Source: an uncultured Gemmataceae bacterium (GTDB taxonomy: Bacteria; Planctomycetota; Planctomycetia; Gemmatales; Gemmataceae). Taken from it: a stretch of DNA of 64,000 nt. The position numbers and the translations under genes are program-made. The notes under the pieces were generated by a model. It did not search any database and was not told the origin of the DNA. It was given only the letters and a program-made list of their open reading frames with translations. Location: NCBI GenBank assembly GCA_963750165.1, contig CAVVPN010000012.1, positions 1,254,142 through 1,318,141 on the forward strand, in the 5' to 3' direction. Below are positions 55,176-64,000 of this stretch, in pieces (positions within the stretch are counted from its first letter, which is position 1; every line of letters starts with the position of its first letter).

Positions 55176-56220
55176 CGGCCTCGCGCATGTGGTCCACCCT
55201 GCCGGCGAGGTGCGCGTAATGCTGGCTCACCATGCTGGTGTCCACGTGTCCCATCAACTCGGCGACCTGGGCGATACCCACGCCGTTGACAAGGGCCTGC
55301 GTCGCGAACGAGTGCCGCATGGTGTAGCTGATGACGCCTGCCATGTGCGGCAGTTTGGCCCGCAGGTTCCGGAAGCGGCAGCGGACGCTGTTGCGGGTGT
55401 AGCCGCGCTTGCTGCGCGGGCCGCGGAACAGCGGGCCTTCCGGATATTTCGCCATCAGGTTGCGGGACAATTCGACCATCGCCGGCGTCAGGTAGATGAC
55501 GCGTGGCCGGCCGGTTCGTTTGGCGGTCTTGTGTTCTTTGAAGATCCACACGCCCAGTTCCAGGTTGACGTGGGCCGCGGTGAGCTTGCGGACCTCTCCG
55601 GGCCGGGCGCCGGTTTCGACCATCGCGAGGACGAAGTCACGGAACGATTGGTCCTTGATCGTGCCCAGGATCTCCTCCCGCTCCGCAGGCGACAGAATGC
55701 GGTCGCGGTGCCGCTGTGGGGGTTTCGCGACTTTCTTCACCGGGTTGAAGGAAAGCAGGCCCTCGGCCTCGGCCCAGTTGAACACGCGCTTGACGGCGAT
55801 GATGGCATTGCGGCGGCAGCCGTTCCATCCGGGGTGGGCGTCGAGCCAGCGGGTGACGTGCAGCGGCTTGAGATCGGCGGCGAGCAGTGTGCCGAACATC
55901 TCGCAGAAGTCCTGAAGGAATTCCCGGTAGCCGCGGTAGGTGTCCGGGGTGCGGTGCTTCTCGGAGTAGTCGAGGAACAGCTCGCACACCGTTGCAACGG
56001 GGAGCTTTTCCGCCTCGGGGAGCTTGCCAGCGCCCGAGGCCATGACGCGGAAGTAGGCAATCTCGATTTCTTCCGGCGGCTTGGGTGGCGGATCACCCCG
56101 TTTCCGTTTCCGGGGCGGAGGAAGGTGGGCCGGGTGATGCCCGAGGAACTCTTGCCGGCCGCCGACCTCGACGAACCAGGCATTCTTGGAAGCACGATAC
56201 CAGGGATGATGCGGACGCAT
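55153..56220 (-). CDS. Tyrosine integrase (phage/ICE type)
   Basis: TGARPGE (R), HKT (K), YTMRH, LMGH, QHY; sits next to a tRNA att site. Confidence 0.92.
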   Translation of the reverse strand: MRPHHPWYRASKNAWFVEVGGRQEFLGHHPAHLPPPRKRKRGDPPPKPPEEIEIAYFRVMASGAGKLPEAEKLPVATVCELFLDYSEKHRTPDTYRGYREFLQDFCEMFGTLLAADLKPLHVTRWLDAHPGWNGCRRNAIIAVKRVFNWAEAEGLLSFNPVKKVAKPPQRHRDRILSPAEREEILGTIKDQSFRDFVLAMVETGARPGEVRKLTAAHVNLELGVWIFKEHKTAKRTGRPRVIYLTPAMVELSRNLMAKYPEGPLFRGPRSKRGYTRNSVRCRFRNLRAKLPHMAGVISYTMRHSFATQALVNGVGIAQVAELMGHVDTSMVSQHYAHLAGRVDHMREAAKKAAGV

Positions 56221-56352
56221 GAGCCAAAGCCTCCCATGACTGAAGCCACGGGTAAGCCGGAAGGCTTGCTCAAGCCTGCCCTGCCTGTCACAACCAGGTG
56301 GGGCAGGTGCGTTTCCTGCCTAGTTTCCTGCCCTCATCGTAGGGGGCAAAGT

Positions 56353-56389
56353 CAAGGGCCGCCGCAACTTCTTATTGCGACGGCCCTTG
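56353..56389 (-). terminator. Hairpin just downstream of the tRNA 3' fragment
   Basis: caagggccgccgcaa-cttctta-ttgcgacggcccttg. Confidence 0.55.
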
Positions 56390-56394
56390 CGATG

Positions 56395-56441
56395 TCGGGC
56401 CGAGAGGATTCGAACCTCCGACCTCCTGAACCCCATTCAGG
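56395..56441 (-). pseudogene. 3' half of tRNA-Pro(GGG), att-site duplication
   Basis: CCTGA-ATGGGGT-TCAGG-AGGTC-GGAGG-TTCGAAT-CCTCT-CGGCCCG-A; no D arm or 5' acceptor strand. Confidence 0.85.
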
Positions 56442-56730
56442 AAGCATCGCAACCCAACCCGTTAAGTGACAAGGTAGATACGCCGATCTCGTCTCTCGCT
56501 TGCACCACTGCTTGCACCGGCAAGGCGGAAACCGCTCAACCTGTCACCGTGGAAGCGCTGGCCGCGGCGCTGCTGACTCTCTCGGCAGACGACCGGGCGC
56601 GGCTGGTGGCCCTGCTCCTGAGCCAGTCACCGGACAAGCCGAAGGGGTAACGCCCTCTGGTAGAACGGCACCAGGGGCGACACTCGCCCCTGGTGCGAAG
56701 ATCGGGCACGAATGAAAGCGAGTTACCGCA

Positions 56731-57439
56731 ATGATCGCCGCAAAGAAACCTAGCGCGAACGGCTTCCATGAGCGCAACGGTCATGTGCCGCAGGCCAAAC
56801 CCGCCGCACCGTTAAACACCGTTTCAGACGGTGCGACAGCGGCACCGCCCCTAGCGGTCCCAGCCCCCGAAGGCCGCACCGCGAAGGGCACATTCGCCCC
56901 CGGCAACAAACTTGCTCGGGGCAACCCCCACGCCCGCCGCATGGCCGCCCTGCGCCTCCGCCCTGCTGGACGGGCTGACGCCCGAGCGGATGCAGGCGCT
57001 GGGGGCGAAGCTCTACGACCTGGCCCTGGCCGGCGACCTGGCGGCGGCGAAACTGCTGCTCACCTACGCCATCGGTAAGCCGCCCGACGCCGTGGACGCC
57101 GACCGGCTCGACCTCGACGAATGGCGAATCCTCGACGCCGTGCCCACGCTGGCACAGTTCCTGCGCCTGTCCGCGGACGGCATCGACCCCCAGGACGCCG
57201 CCGCGCTGATCGGGAAACTCCGCCCCCAGGACGAAGCGAAGGCCGGGGAAAGGGTCCTCGCCGCTGTCACTGGCATGGATGAGGCGGCGGACCTTGGCGA
57301 ACCCTGGCAATGGGAGAATTCTTCGCCAGGGAACGGAAGGCACGCATCGGCAAATGAAAACGGGACAGGCCGCCTCAAGCTGGGGTCCGTGAGTGTGCCC
57401 CAGGTGCTAGGCCCCGAACCTGTGGCCGTTCGGGGCTGA
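56731..57439 (+). CDS. DUF5681/small-terminase-like protein; frameshift near 56955
   Basis: GTFAPGNKLARGNP, then ALLDGL...ALAGDLAAAKLLL..AIGKP. Confidence 0.5.
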
Positions 57440-57455
57440 GAGGAGGTGATAGGGG

Positions 57456-57887
57456 ATGAGCGCTGGCAGCAAGTTGACCCGCAAGCAGGAGGTCGTGATC
57501 GCCGCCCTGCTGACCGAGCCGACGCACGCCGCCGCAGCCGCGAAGGCCGGCGTGGGAGAGGCTACGCTGCAGCGCTGGCTGCTCCTGCCAGAGTTCCAGG
57601 CCGCGTATCGGCTGGCCCTGCGCGGCATCGTCGAGGCCGCCATCGGCCGGCTGCAGCAGACCACCAGCAAGGCCGTCGAGGCGCTGGAGCGGAACCTGAC
57701 GTGCGGCCACCCCGGCAGCGAAATCCGGGCGGCGCTGGGCATCCTCGACCAGTCGCTCAAGGCGGTCGAGTTGATCGACCTGACGACCCGTGTGGAAGAG
57801 ATGGAGCGCCTGATCGTGGCGCAGACCGGCCAGCACCTGGACGCCTCCGAGAAAAGCCCCTGGGGAGGCCAGGCCGACGGGGCGTGA
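57456..57887 (+). CDS. HTH protein resembling phage small terminase HTH
   Basis: KLTRKQE..IAALL....AAAAKAGVGEATLQRWL..PEF. Confidence 0.55.
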   Translation: MSAGSKLTRKQEVVIAALLTEPTHAAAAAKAGVGEATLQRWLLLPEFQAAYRLALRGIVEAAIGRLQQTTSKAVEALERNLTCGHPGSEIRAALGILDQSLKAVELIDLTTRVEEMERLIVAQTGQHLDASEKSPWGGQADGA

Positions 57888-57931
57888 GCAGCGGGACGCC
57901 TGACGGGCCGCAAAACGGGGAGGGCCTGGCA

Positions 57932-58222
57932 ATGGGCTACAACGGCATACCTCGGCGACTCAAGGCGGTCGGCAACGCACTCCAGGCGTACCGCTGGGAG
58001 GAGATCACCCGCCTGTGGCCGCCGCAGACGCCGAAGCAGGAGGCGGCGCTCTTCGGGCTCTGCACCGGCGCCACCACCTACCACATGGAGCACGGCGGCA
58101 CGTTGGATGAGGTCCTGGATCGCTTCCCGGCAACCCTGTCGGAAGGGCTGATGCAGCTATGGCTGAAGGAGTCGGACGCCGGCGCCGCCAACACCGCGGC
58201 GGGTGGTGAGCCACGGGCTTGA
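57932..58222 (+). CDS. Hypothetical protein
   Basis: GGAGG RBS; short ORF. Confidence 0.4.
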   Translation: MGYNGIPRRLKAVGNALQAYRWEEITRLWPPQTPKQEAALFGLCTGATTYHMEHGGTLDEVLDRFPATLSEGLMQLWLKESDAGAANTAAGGEPRA

Positions 58223-58361
58223 GGCTGTTCTGATCGCCGGGCGTGGCCGCGCCGCCGTTCGGCCAGGGATTTTCGTTTCGCAGGGGCCTGCCGCCGGGTA
58301 GAATGGCGGTCGAGTCGATGAATCGCCCTGACGCGCCCAGGCCGCCGGGTTTTCAAGCGGC

Positions 58362-58417
58362 GAATTCCGGAACAGATTTCAAGGGTTTTCGCCGCCATTA
58401 TTTCGGCGAGGAGGACA
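58362..58417 (-). repeat. IS481-type end A
   Basis: Reverse complement tgtcctcctcgccgaaataatggc is identical to the first 24 bp of end D (61039). Confidence 0.8.
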
Positions 58418-58556
58418 GATTCCAGACCCGCAAGGCGCCCCAGGTGCTCTGCGTTGGGACGTGCCGGGTTACTTTCGGGGGAGTGACGGGACATGGCAAC
58501 TTGTGGTAAACGTCAACACTAACACAGTCTTACACTTTAACTTCGTCTCAAATTAG
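58418..58556 (+). pseudogene. Orphan C-terminal tip of a probable polymorphic toxin
   Basis: IPDPQGAPGALRWDVPGYFRGSDGTWQLVVNVNTNTVLHFNFVSN*, no start, lower GC, 7 bp before the next gene. Confidence 0.5.
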
Positions 58557-58563
58557 GTGGCCA

Positions 58564-59058
58564 ATGAAGTTTCACATTATGCCGTGTGAGTCGCCTCTGC
58601 AGGGACGGCTCACCTACTCGGTTGAAGACTACTCTTTCATCTTCACCTCAGAGATTCTTCCACCCGCCATCACGACACTGCTCGTGAACACGTTGCAGCT
58701 TTCGGTCGATGAAGAAGGGCAGGTGCTGTTTATCTGGGGATACTGCCCGTTGATCCGATTTCAGTTGACCGAAAAAACCCCGCCCAATTCGATTCCAGGC
58801 CAATTATTCGCCGAGGTTCATGAGGAACTGATTCCCGGTGTCTCAAGAGAAGTGAATCATGGAGGGCTCTGGCCGGTTTCAATTAATTCCGAGGCCGGCT
58901 GGGTATGTCTTGGTAATCCTGATCTCCGCGTTGATGTTACTGCTGTTGAGTTCGCTCAGGATTGTGTTGCTGTGCTGAGCAGCGGTTCTCTGGTGTCTCT
59001 GTGGTTGCATCCTCAGCGTTTGCCGAACGAGGCTTTCGTTCCTCACCCGATTCAATAG
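58564..59058 (+). CDS. Low-GC hypothetical protein, candidate immunity protein
   Basis: Intact 164-aa ORF directly after the toxin-like tip; atypical composition. Confidence 0.55.
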   Translation: MKFHIMPCESPLQGRLTYSVEDYSFIFTSEILPPAITTLLVNTLQLSVDEEGQVLFIWGYCPLIRFQLTEKTPPNSIPGQLFAEVHEELIPGVSREVNHGGLWPVSINSEAGWVCLGNPDLRVDVTAVEFAQDCVAVLSSGSLVSLWLHPQRLPNEAFVPHPIQ

Positions 59059-59243
59059 CATTGAGATAGCAAAGGGGCGATTTTAGAAGGTAACTGTGGA
59101 GGGGAATTGGGGGGAATTGGTGACGCTTTACGCAAGCAACTGCTGCCATTCTTCTTGCGAATTCTTCTTTTCGAGAGTTGGAAGTGGACGCATTTTGGCC
59201 GGGTCCGACGACGGTGAGGTGCCGGCGACAACCCCTGCGACGC

Positions 59244-59802
59244 CGTGCCCCCTACGAAATAATGGCCGTAAACTCGGGCGAAATGCGTTCCGGAATTCGC
59301 CCGCCCGGATACCCCAGGTTCGTTCCCCGGCCATCCTACCCGGGAGCCGGCCGGAAGGAAAGCCAAAATCGCTGCCAGCCGTCCAGGACTCCTGAACGGG
59401 TGTTCCTGCTCGCCAACCGACGGCGAAGCCGAGTCCCGGGGACACCGCCTGCACCCGGCCCCGGCCTGAGCCGGCGCGGCCGCCCACCAGCACAGGCGAA
59501 GGGGCAGACGAGGCACCGACACCTTCACCGTGGGTGCGCTTCGCCGCAGTGGTGACGCCCGGTCCCGATTTTCCCCTGGACACCGCGCGGCGGGTGGGAT
59601 ACACCAAGAGCGGTTCACTACGGCACCCCCGGCCTTGACGTGGGCCGCCTGGGTGTCAACCGCCCCCCAGTGGGTGCCAGTGCAGATGACGAGTCGTTCA
59701 GCCGTCACGTCCGCGTCGGGCGTGACGATCTTCGGTTTTGGAGGGTGGAATTCCGGAACACATTTCAGCCCCAAGCGCGGCCATTATTTCGTGGGGGGCA
59801 CA
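59244..59802. mobile_element. Non-autonomous element bounded by IS481-type inverted ends B and C
   Basis: (c)gtgccccctacgaaataatggccg...gttccggaattc and its inverse ending in gcaca; no convincing ORF inside. Confidence 0.7.
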
Positions 59803-60033
59803 ACAACGTGGCCCGTGCGGGTCAGAACTTGCCCCCGGCCCGGCACCTGAATGTTCGCCAGGACAACGGCGGTGGCGTCGGCGACATCCTGTTCCCGCTG
59901 GGCGGCATTCTCAGGCAGTTCCAGAACTGAACCTTCAGGAAGTCGCCTTGACCGGAAGCAGCCTGTTCGTGTTGCAACCGCCGACGCTTTTGACCACAAT
60001 GTTGGTGGCCTTTTCCCCTACAAGGAGGTTGTC

Positions 60034-60924
60034 ATGACGCAGCACTTTGCCCTGTTGCTGACCAGACTTCTCCCTCGTCGCTGGCGACCCCGCAAGCAAA
60101 ACCCCGCCGAAGAAAAGGGCAGCGGCAGCCGTCAAGAAGCCGGGAGGCAAGGTCGAGATTGATGCAAGAAGCAAATCGGTCGTGTCGGTGAACCTGTTCG
60201 GCGTGACGCTGCCAAAAGGATGGGTTGGCTTTCCTGCACTACCTCGCCCAACACCAGGGAACTTAACCTGACCCTCGTGCAAACGCCGGCGAGAGAGTTG
60301 GCTGACCTGAAGGGGTTGCCCCATCTTGAGAAGCTGTCGCTGCTCGGCACGCTCGTCAAGGATGAAAGCCTGGCCCACCTGAGCGGACTTTCGGAACTTC
60401 GGCTGTTGTCAATTAGCGGCGTAAAGCTGACGGAACCGGACTCGGCTTACCTGGAAAACTAACCAAAGTTCAACAGGCAAACATCATTGCAGGCACCTGG
60501 ATCACAGCCAAAGCACTATCCTCCTGAAAGAGTTGACTAGACTCCGAGGGTTGTCGCTCAATAATTGCCGTGTGACCGATGAGGGTATGGCTCACCTGAA
60601 AGGAATGATCGAACTTGAGCATCTGCATCTGGCCGGTTCATACATGACGGATGACGGGCTGAATCACTTGAAAGGAGCCACGAAACTTCGGACGCTAGAC
60701 ATCGGAGCCACCAGAGTAACCGATGACGGACTGGCGGTGTTGAAGGGGATGACTAAGCTGCAAAAGCTGTACATCGGCTATACCCAGGTCACAGACGCCG
60801 GCCTGGATCATTTGAAAGGCTTAACAAATCTGCGGGAGTTAAACCTCCGATCAACGAGCGCCGGCCGGAAGAAGGTATCCGACAACTCAAACGATCATTG
60901 CCTGGCGTGAAGATCATCAAGTGA
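60034..60924 (+). pseudogene. Leucine-rich repeat protein, degraded
   Basis: VTDEGMAHLKGM..LEHLHL, VTDDGLAVLKGM, VTDAGLDHLKGL repeats; several frameshifts and stops. Confidence 0.8.
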
Positions 60925-61038
60925 CATACCCAAGGCTCAAACCACCACCTTGTCCCCGCTCCTGGCATCGAGCAGCCCCTTCTCGAAGATGCTAGCCGGC
61001 AGGCCTGTGTCGGCTTCCTCCACGTCCAGGTACGGCAG

Positions 61039-62380
61039 TGTCCTCCTCGCCGAAATAATGGCAGCCTGATCGCTGGAAATGGGTTCCGGAATTCGGCCCT
61101 CCCCCTCGCGGGCTCCCCCGCACGAAAGGAGGGCGTATGTCCACCCCGACCCCCACCCCCGACCCGTCCGCGGCACCGCCGCGGCCCGTAACCCAGGTCC
61201 CGGACCCCGACCCACCGGACCCGCAGACCGCCGCGCCCCCCAACGCCCGCCCCGGGAGCGGCCCCGCCTGCAGCAGCCCGTCCGCGGCCGACGCCTCGCC
61301 CGGCCCCCCGACGGCACCGCCTCGCCCCTGACCGCCGCACAGCGGTTGCTGGTGCTGGACACCTGGCAGCGGAGCGGGTTGCCGGCCGGCGACTTCGCCG
61401 CCCTGGTCGGCATCTCCAAGCACACCCTGTACGCCTGGAAACGGAGGTTCGACACGCAGGGGCCCGCCGGCCTGGACGACCACCCCCGCGGCGCCCCCGC
61501 CGGCAGCCGGCTGCCGGAGCTGACCCGCCGCACCATCCTGATGCTCAAGACGGCGAACCCCGATTGGGGCTGCCAGCGGATCAGCGATATGCTCCTGCGC
61601 GGCCCAGCCTTGCCGGCGAGCCCCCGGCCGTGGCCCGGGTGTTGCACGAGGCGGGTTACGTGTTGGAGGACGTGCCGACGCGGCCGCACCCGGACCACGT
61701 GCGGTCGTTCGAGCGGGCCAAGCCGAACCAACTCTGGCAGACCGACCTGTTTACGTTTATGCTCAAGCGGCAGAACCGGCGGGTCTACCTGGTCGCGTTC
61801 CTGGACGACCACAGCCGCTACATCGTCGGCTTCGGGCTGCACGCCAGCCAGTCGACGGCGCTGGTGATCGAGGTGTTCGCGTCGGCGTCGCCAACTACGG
61901 CCCGCCGGAGGAAGTGCTGACCGACAACGGCACGCAGTACGTGACCTGGCGGGGCAAGTCGGCCTTCACCAAGGAACTGGAGAAGCGCGGCATGCGGCAG
62001 GTGGTGGCGTCACCGCGGCGGCCGCAGACGCTGGGGAAGGTGGAGCGACTCTGGGGCACGCTGTGGCGGGAGTGCCTGCAGGCGGCGGTGTTCGTCGACC
62101 TGGCCGAGGCCCGGCAGCGGATCGGGCTGTTCATCGACCACTATAACTTCCAACGCCCGCACCAGGGGGTGGACGGGCTGGTGCCGGCAGATCGATACTT
62201 CGGGGCGGCGCCAGAAGTGCTGGCGACGTTGCGGCGCGGGTGGCGGCCAACGCCCTGGAGTTGGCCCGGCACGGCGTGCCCAAGGAACCGTTTTACCTGA
62301 CGGGCCAGGTGGGCGGCCGGCCGTTCAGCGTGCACGCCGAGGGCGAGCGGGTGATCCTGACCGATGCGGGCGGCGGCCGC
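61039..62380 (+). mobile_element. IS481-family element: left end D plus frameshifted, 3'-truncated transposase (CDS from 61137)
   Basis: TGT terminus; HTH (GISKHTLYAWK), WQTD, LDDHSR, LTDNG, GKVER, HYNFQRPHQG. Confidence 0.8.
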
Positions 62381-62533
62381 CGTGACGGCGAACCGTGTGG
62401 AGAGTTGCCCAGGTCGTCTTGTTCGGCGTGCGCAGCCAGACCGCCTTTTCCGGCCCTTGCTCTTGGAGCAGAGCAGACCGCCTTTCAGGATGCTGGGCAA
62501 GTTGCGAACCACTGTCGCATGGCGTAGCAACAC
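62376..62533 (-). pseudogene. Truncated small protein with LRHAT..NLPSIL..GL motif (ART/Tpt1-like fold possible)
   Basis: VLLRHATVVRNLPSILKGGLL; frameshifted and cut at the transposase junction. Confidence 0.35.
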
Positions 62534-62597
62534 GGGTACTACCTTTCTCGTGCTGGGTGGCAGGGGGTGGGCGTTCCCCCCTGCCGTGATCCCGTGG

Positions 62598-62941
62598 TTA
62601 CACCTGGCCAGCCTTGACCACGCCGCCAGCCCGTCGGCGTGCTTGCATTGTGCCACCGGGCATGGCCCTTGCAGCTGGACGTCTGGCTGTCACCGTCGAT
62701 GTTGACGTGGTAGGCATCCACGGGCGACTGCCGACCTTCTCGACCGTGAAGTCCCGGCCGAGTCGGCACGGAACTGGGTCGAGGAAGAAGGCAGCCCGGT
62801 CCTTGCCGACGGTGATCTGCACCACGCCGGGGTTGCCGTCAAAGGGTTCTCCAGGAGACCAACCCGCGCACTGGCGCGAAAGAAGTTGACCGGGGTTTCG
62901 TGTCGTACGGCGGCCGCGGTTGCGGTAGCGTTCCTTTCCAT
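62598..62941 (-). pseudogene. Degenerate SWIM-type zinc-finger phage-like protein
   Basis: YHVNIDG...SCKGH.RWH.CKH spread across shifted frames. Confidence 0.45.
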
Positions 62942-63081
62942 AGAAGGAATGCCGCGGGCCGGGGGTGTTGGTATAACCGCCGGCCCAACTTCGTTTCGAG
63001 CCCCGTTTGCCTCTCTTCTGTGTGCCGGCGACTCCACAATGGCTTCACGCCGGCAGTCCGGATTGTCAAAGATCAGGTTGC

Positions 63082-63147
63082 AGCCAAATGGGTGGACCGT
63101 GACAAGAATAATAAGCCAGATGGCCACAATTACAAGTCCAGTTGGCT
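63082..63147. promoter_or_regulatory. Three palindromic operator-like boxes between divergent genes
   Basis: AGCCAaaTGGGT (63082), AGCCAgaTGGCC (63114), GTCCAgtTGGCT (63136). Confidence 0.5.
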
Positions 63148-63177
63148 ACATTTATAGGATTTTATTGAGGTGAATTC

Positions 63178-63453
63178 ATGGCGGCATCCGCATGGATCGG
63201 GGCTCGGCTGCGGGAGTTGCGGGAACAGAAGGGGCTGACCCAAGGTCAGCTCGCCGAACGGGTCGGCGTGAAGCGGGACGCGGTCATGTGCTAGGAAGAC
63301 GACGCCAGGGAACCGGGTTGGTCGAACGTCGTGGCGTTGGCGCAGGCTCTCTACGTGACCTGCCTGGCGTTCCTCGAGGCCGAGCCTGCGGGGCGGGAAC
63401 CGCCAAGTCGCGGGGTGCCTGCCGAAGGCACAGGAAAGCCCCCCGCCACCTAG
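63178..63453 (+). pseudogene. XRE-family HTH repressor with an in-frame TAG at 63292
   Basis: GARLRELREQKGLTQGQLAERVGV....C*E...REPGWSNVVALAQAL. Confidence 0.75.
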
Positions 63454-63599
63454 GCGGCCGCGGGGCTGACCCAGGAAGGCGGAATGATCCTTGCTGCGCA
63501 TTCCTCCAAAAAATGTAACCTATGTTGTTGGCAGAACAGGGAGAGACGAAGAGGGCGAACCCTATGCCGTACTCCGACTGAGACCGCGCCAGGGACTAC

Positions 63600-63895
63600 C
63601 AATGCGTAACACCTCAGGAAACCCCCGCCGGTCCGGCCACGATCGGACAACCCCCGGTACAACCCCGATCCCGCTGCCATTCCGGCTGCAGACCGCTGCC
63701 AATGTGCCCCACCTGCTGGAGGAACAGGTCACGGCTGTGCGGGCGGAGCAAAGAGGTGGGCACACTCGAAAAGGCCGCGCGATCGGTTACCTGGCCGGCA
63801 TCACCCTGAAGGCCATCGAGGCCGGCAGACCTGGCCGCACGCCTGGAGATGCTGGGCATCATGGTTCACACCGTTACCGAGACGGCCGGCTATGA
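63600..63895 (+). pseudogene. Degenerate phage/satellite-like hypothetical gene
   Basis: LLEEQVTAVRA...RAIGYLAGITLKAIEAG with frame disruptions. Confidence 0.35.
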
Positions 63896-64000
63896 ACACC
63901 AAGGCCATTGCCAAGTTGTACGTCCGCTCGGCCCCCCGCTACTGCCTCCCCCCTGATCGTCGCGGCTGCTCACCGGGGCGACGAGGCCGAGGGCCCTGCG

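Noticed and set aside
55153..56220. Integrase as the IntI for the cassette array
   Set aside because: It sits at a tRNA att site with an excisionase, is 7.5 kb from attI and shows no evident IntI-specific insertion
56395..56470. Functional tRNA-Pro gene
   Set aside because: The 5' acceptor strand and D arm are missing

Overview
GC-rich bacterial DNA, most likely Planctomycetota and Gemmataceae-like. This is an inference from the DUF4058-type gene, the LEDR-type N-terminal motif, the TIGR03000-like domain and the integrase style. Many ordinary genes carry single frameshifts, which looks like long-read indel error. 1-18.4 kb is core chromosome (rnr, yhaM-like, FKBP, ClpP-like, rimO, pgsA, lipid A acyltransferase, scpB, D-amino acid aminotransferase, pnp, rpsO), with a rare tRNA-Ile(UAU) and many REP/REPIN-like palindromes. 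18.6-37.3 kb is bracketed by a 72-bp near-perfect inverted repeat and holds an exosortase/EpsI/large-TPR operon divergent from a ~2550-aa adhesin, a PEP-CTERM protein and a secreted barnase-barstar pair. 37.4-47.2 kb holds signalling and metabolic genes. From 47.3 kb the window is accessory. It starts with an integrase-less integron platform (two tandem promoter+attI-like units, cassettes, attC sites). That platform is interrupted by an IS110 element whose non-coding end contains readable bridge-RNA-like donor guides. Next come ISL3 inside ISAzo13, an integrative-element remnant at a tRNA-Pro(GGG) att site, satellite/phage-like genes, four IS481-type ends around an orphan toxin tip/immunity pair and an LRR pseudogene, and a decayed repressor switch.
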